From Methyloceanibacter sp. (GTDB lineage: Bacteria; Pseudomonadota; Alphaproteobacteria; Rhizobiales; Methyloligellaceae), in contig DATHCZ010000003.1 of NCBI GenBank assembly GCA_035319265.1, forward strand, positions 1-63,440: DNA of 63,440 bases, in the 5' to 3' direction. Shown piece by piece: positions 61,423 through 63,440 of the stretch. The first letter of the stretch is position 1. Every line of letters starts with the position of its first letter. Under the pieces are notes generated by a model. It had not been told where the DNA came from and searched no databases. It saw nothing but the letters and a program-made list of their open reading frames with translations. The position numbers and the translations under genes were made by a program.

Positions 61423-63345
61423 CTAGACCGCCGCCTGTGCCGGCTGCGGCTTGGCCCGCGGCTCTTTCGAGGGTTCGAGCGGTACATTCATCTCGACGTA
61501 GAGGCCGGCAGGCCGGAACTCGACCTTGGTCTCGCCGCCGAGATTGTGGCGGATGCCCTTGTCGATGAGCTGCATGCCGAAACCGCTGCCGCGCTTGGTC
61601 GGAACGGGATGAAGGCTGCCCCTCTCCTCCCAGGTGAGCATGAGGCGATTGCCGCGCGCGGTTTTCCAACTGATGGCGAGTTGTCCATTGTTCTGGGAAA
61701 GCGCCCCATATTTCACGGCATTGGTGGCAAGCTCGTGCAGCGTCATGGCGAGGATCGAGGTGCTCGCCGGCGGTAGCAAGACATCGGGACCCTTGATCAA
61801 GATCTTCGGTCCATCCTCGCGCTTGTAAGGATCGAGCTCCCGCTCGACCATGGCCTTGAGGCTCGCCCCAGACCATTGCGATTCGAGCAGGAGATCGTGG
61901 GCGCGATGGAGCGCCTGAAGGCGCTCGGCAAGGGTCTGTGCCATGGCCTGCGCCGGGCGGCTCGTCGCCTGACGCAAGCTCGCCTGCACCAGAGACTGGA
62001 CGATGGCGAGCGCATTCTTGACGCGGTGGTTCAGCTCGCCGACCAGCATGGATTGACGCTGGGCCGTGCGTCTTCGCTCGGTGACGTCGCGGAAGATGAG
62101 CACGGCGCCGGCGAGCGAGCCGTCGAAGCCTAGGATAGGCGCGCCGCTATGCTCGACCGGAATTTCCCTCTCGTCGCGCGTGACAAGAAGCGCGCCCGAT
62201 TCAAGCCGCGTCACCGCGCGCTCGCGCAAGGCTTTCAGCGCGGGGTCGTCGACCGGCTTGCGCGTGTTGGCATCGATGACTCGAAACACCTCCCAGATCG
62301 GCCGGCCGCGGGCTTCGGCCACGCTCCATCCTGTCATCTGCTCGGCGATCCGGTTCAACAGAAGCACGCTGCCGCTCGGATCGGTGGCGATCACGCCGTC
62401 GCCGATCGAGCCGAGCGTCGTGCTCAGCCATTCCCTTTGGCCGCGCAGTTCCATGAGGGCTGCGTTGCGATCGCGGTCGGCACGTCGCACCGCGCCGATC
62501 GTGGTCCAGGCAAACACGGCAAGCACGAGGATGCTCGCCACGGCGAAAATGGCGAGCGTCGCGGCACTGTCGTAGTAGGTGTGCGCTTCCGCCTGATGGG
62601 CGAACCAGCCGATCACCAGCGGCAAGACGAGGATGCCGGGCAAAAGACGCCGTAGCATCTCGCCGGCCGGCGATTGCTCGACGATGGCCGCTCCGACGCC
62701 ATATTCCGGCGAAGCTGCGATCAGGCCAAAGGCGAGCAGGAAGGCGCTCGCCGCGCCATAGATCGACATGGAGGTGAAGGGGAACGGGTAATAATAGGTG
62801 GCGACGCCGTAGGCGTAGCCGGCGAGTACGATCAGCACCTGGGCCAGAACGATGATGGTCACTACCTGGCTGAACGCCGAGGACGCCCAGCCGCGCTTAG
62901 CGTAGAGAAGCGCGAGCCCGAACAGGATCAGAGATCCGGTGATGCCAGGCGCCATGCGCGCATGCGGGAGAGCGGCGTCGTCAGGGGACGTGCTTGGAAA
63001 GAGCGCATGGTCGAGGCCGAGATCGAAGCCAAGGAGATCCTCGCACAACACCAGAAGGCCGAGGAAGACGAGGGCAAAACCGATCAACCGGGCGAGCGGC
63101 CTGAGCGGCCTGAAGGTGAAACAGAAAAGAGCAATGCCGGCAGCGATGGTGGCGACCGAGGCATTAGGCGTCATGCCAGCAAGACTAGGCAGCGACTCCG
63201 CTACTCCCGGCGTGCCGATGCGCCAGGCGGCAAGCACCAGCGCGCCGATGGCGATCACCATCAGAGCGGCGCAACGGGCCAAGAGCAACGACATGCGCTC
63301 GGCGCGCGGCGCAGGTAGTGCCAACTTCGCTGGTACTTCAGCCAC
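61423..63345 (-). CDS. Membrane-bound PAS-domain HWE-family sensor histidine kinase
   Basis: Multi-TM N-terminus; PAS (SIGDGVIATD); ELNHRVKN, LHELATNAVKYGALS, WEERG, SGFG. Confidence 0.92.
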   Translation of the reverse strand: MAEVPAKLALPAPRAERMSLLLARCAALMVIAIGALVLAAWRIGTPGVAESLPSLAGMTPNASVATIAAGIALFCFTFRPLRPLARLIGFALVFLGLLVLCEDLLGFDLGLDHALFPSTSPDDAALPHARMAPGITGSLILFGLALLYAKRGWASSAFSQVVTIIVLAQVLIVLAGYAYGVATYYYPFPFTSMSIYGAASAFLLAFGLIAASPEYGVGAAIVEQSPAGEMLRRLLPGILVLPLVIGWFAHQAEAHTYYDSAATLAIFAVASILVLAVFAWTTIGAVRRADRDRNAALMELRGQREWLSTTLGSIGDGVIATDPSGSVLLLNRIAEQMTGWSVAEARGRPIWEVFRVIDANTRKPVDDPALKALRERAVTRLESGALLVTRDEREIPVEHSGAPILGFDGSLAGAVLIFRDVTERRRTAQRQSMLVGELNHRVKNALAIVQSLVQASLRQATSRPAQAMAQTLAERLQALHRAHDLLLESQWSGASLKAMVERELDPYKREDGPKILIKGPDVLLPPASTSILAMTLHELATNAVKYGALSQNNGQLAISWKTARGNRLMLTWEERGSLHPVPTKRGSGFGMQLIDKGIRHNLGGETKVEFRPAGLYVEMNVPLEPSKEPRAKPQPAQAAV

Positions 63346-63440
63346 TAGCCTTCCTCACCCAAGTTCACGGGACGCATGATACCGCAAGCTTTGGGCGCTC
63401 CACGGCAGCAGGCCGCAACGCAGTGTACGAGCGCGTTCTC

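Overview
High-GC chromosomal window from an alphaproteobacterium, most likely Hyphomicrobiales. The two-piece permuted tmRNA next to sspB, the RIME/REP-like intergenic repeats, the hflKC-DUF2065-degP-miaA-ilv order and the PQQ-associated genes all fit a Methyloceanibacter-like methylotroph, but that taxon is an inference. No integrase, transposase, prophage or CRISPR array was seen. In order, the window contains: (1) a Calvin-cycle-like sugar-phosphate cluster glpX-prk-[lipoprotein]-tkt-gap-pgk-rpe, with a cyanobacterial/plant-type PRK and no RubisCO inside the window; (2) a split dipeptide-type ABC transporter with an AcpA phosphoesterase; (3) a complete biotin cluster, bioDA/bioFHC/bioB; (4) dat and a lipid kinase; (5) two tandem IT-family antiporters; (6) a SiaA-SiaB-SiaC signalling operon whose fourth gene is a class III adenylate cyclase instead of the SiaD diguanylate cyclase; (7) a quinoprotein-associated metallohydrolase and SoxYZ-like carrier; (8) tRNA-Lys(CTT) and mreBCD-mrdA-rodA; (9) leuA with a Leu-codon leader, ilvBNC, two kup genes, miaA, degP, hflKC, folA-thyA, ssrA-sspB; (10) a glutaminase-STAS-cNMP fusion and an HWE histidine kinase. 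The best candidate for an undescribed system is the cytoplasmic multi-PAS SiaABC-adenylate cyclase module, with the cNMP-binding glutaminase as a possible target. Two single-base frameshifts, both in short homopolymers, look like sequencing errors.
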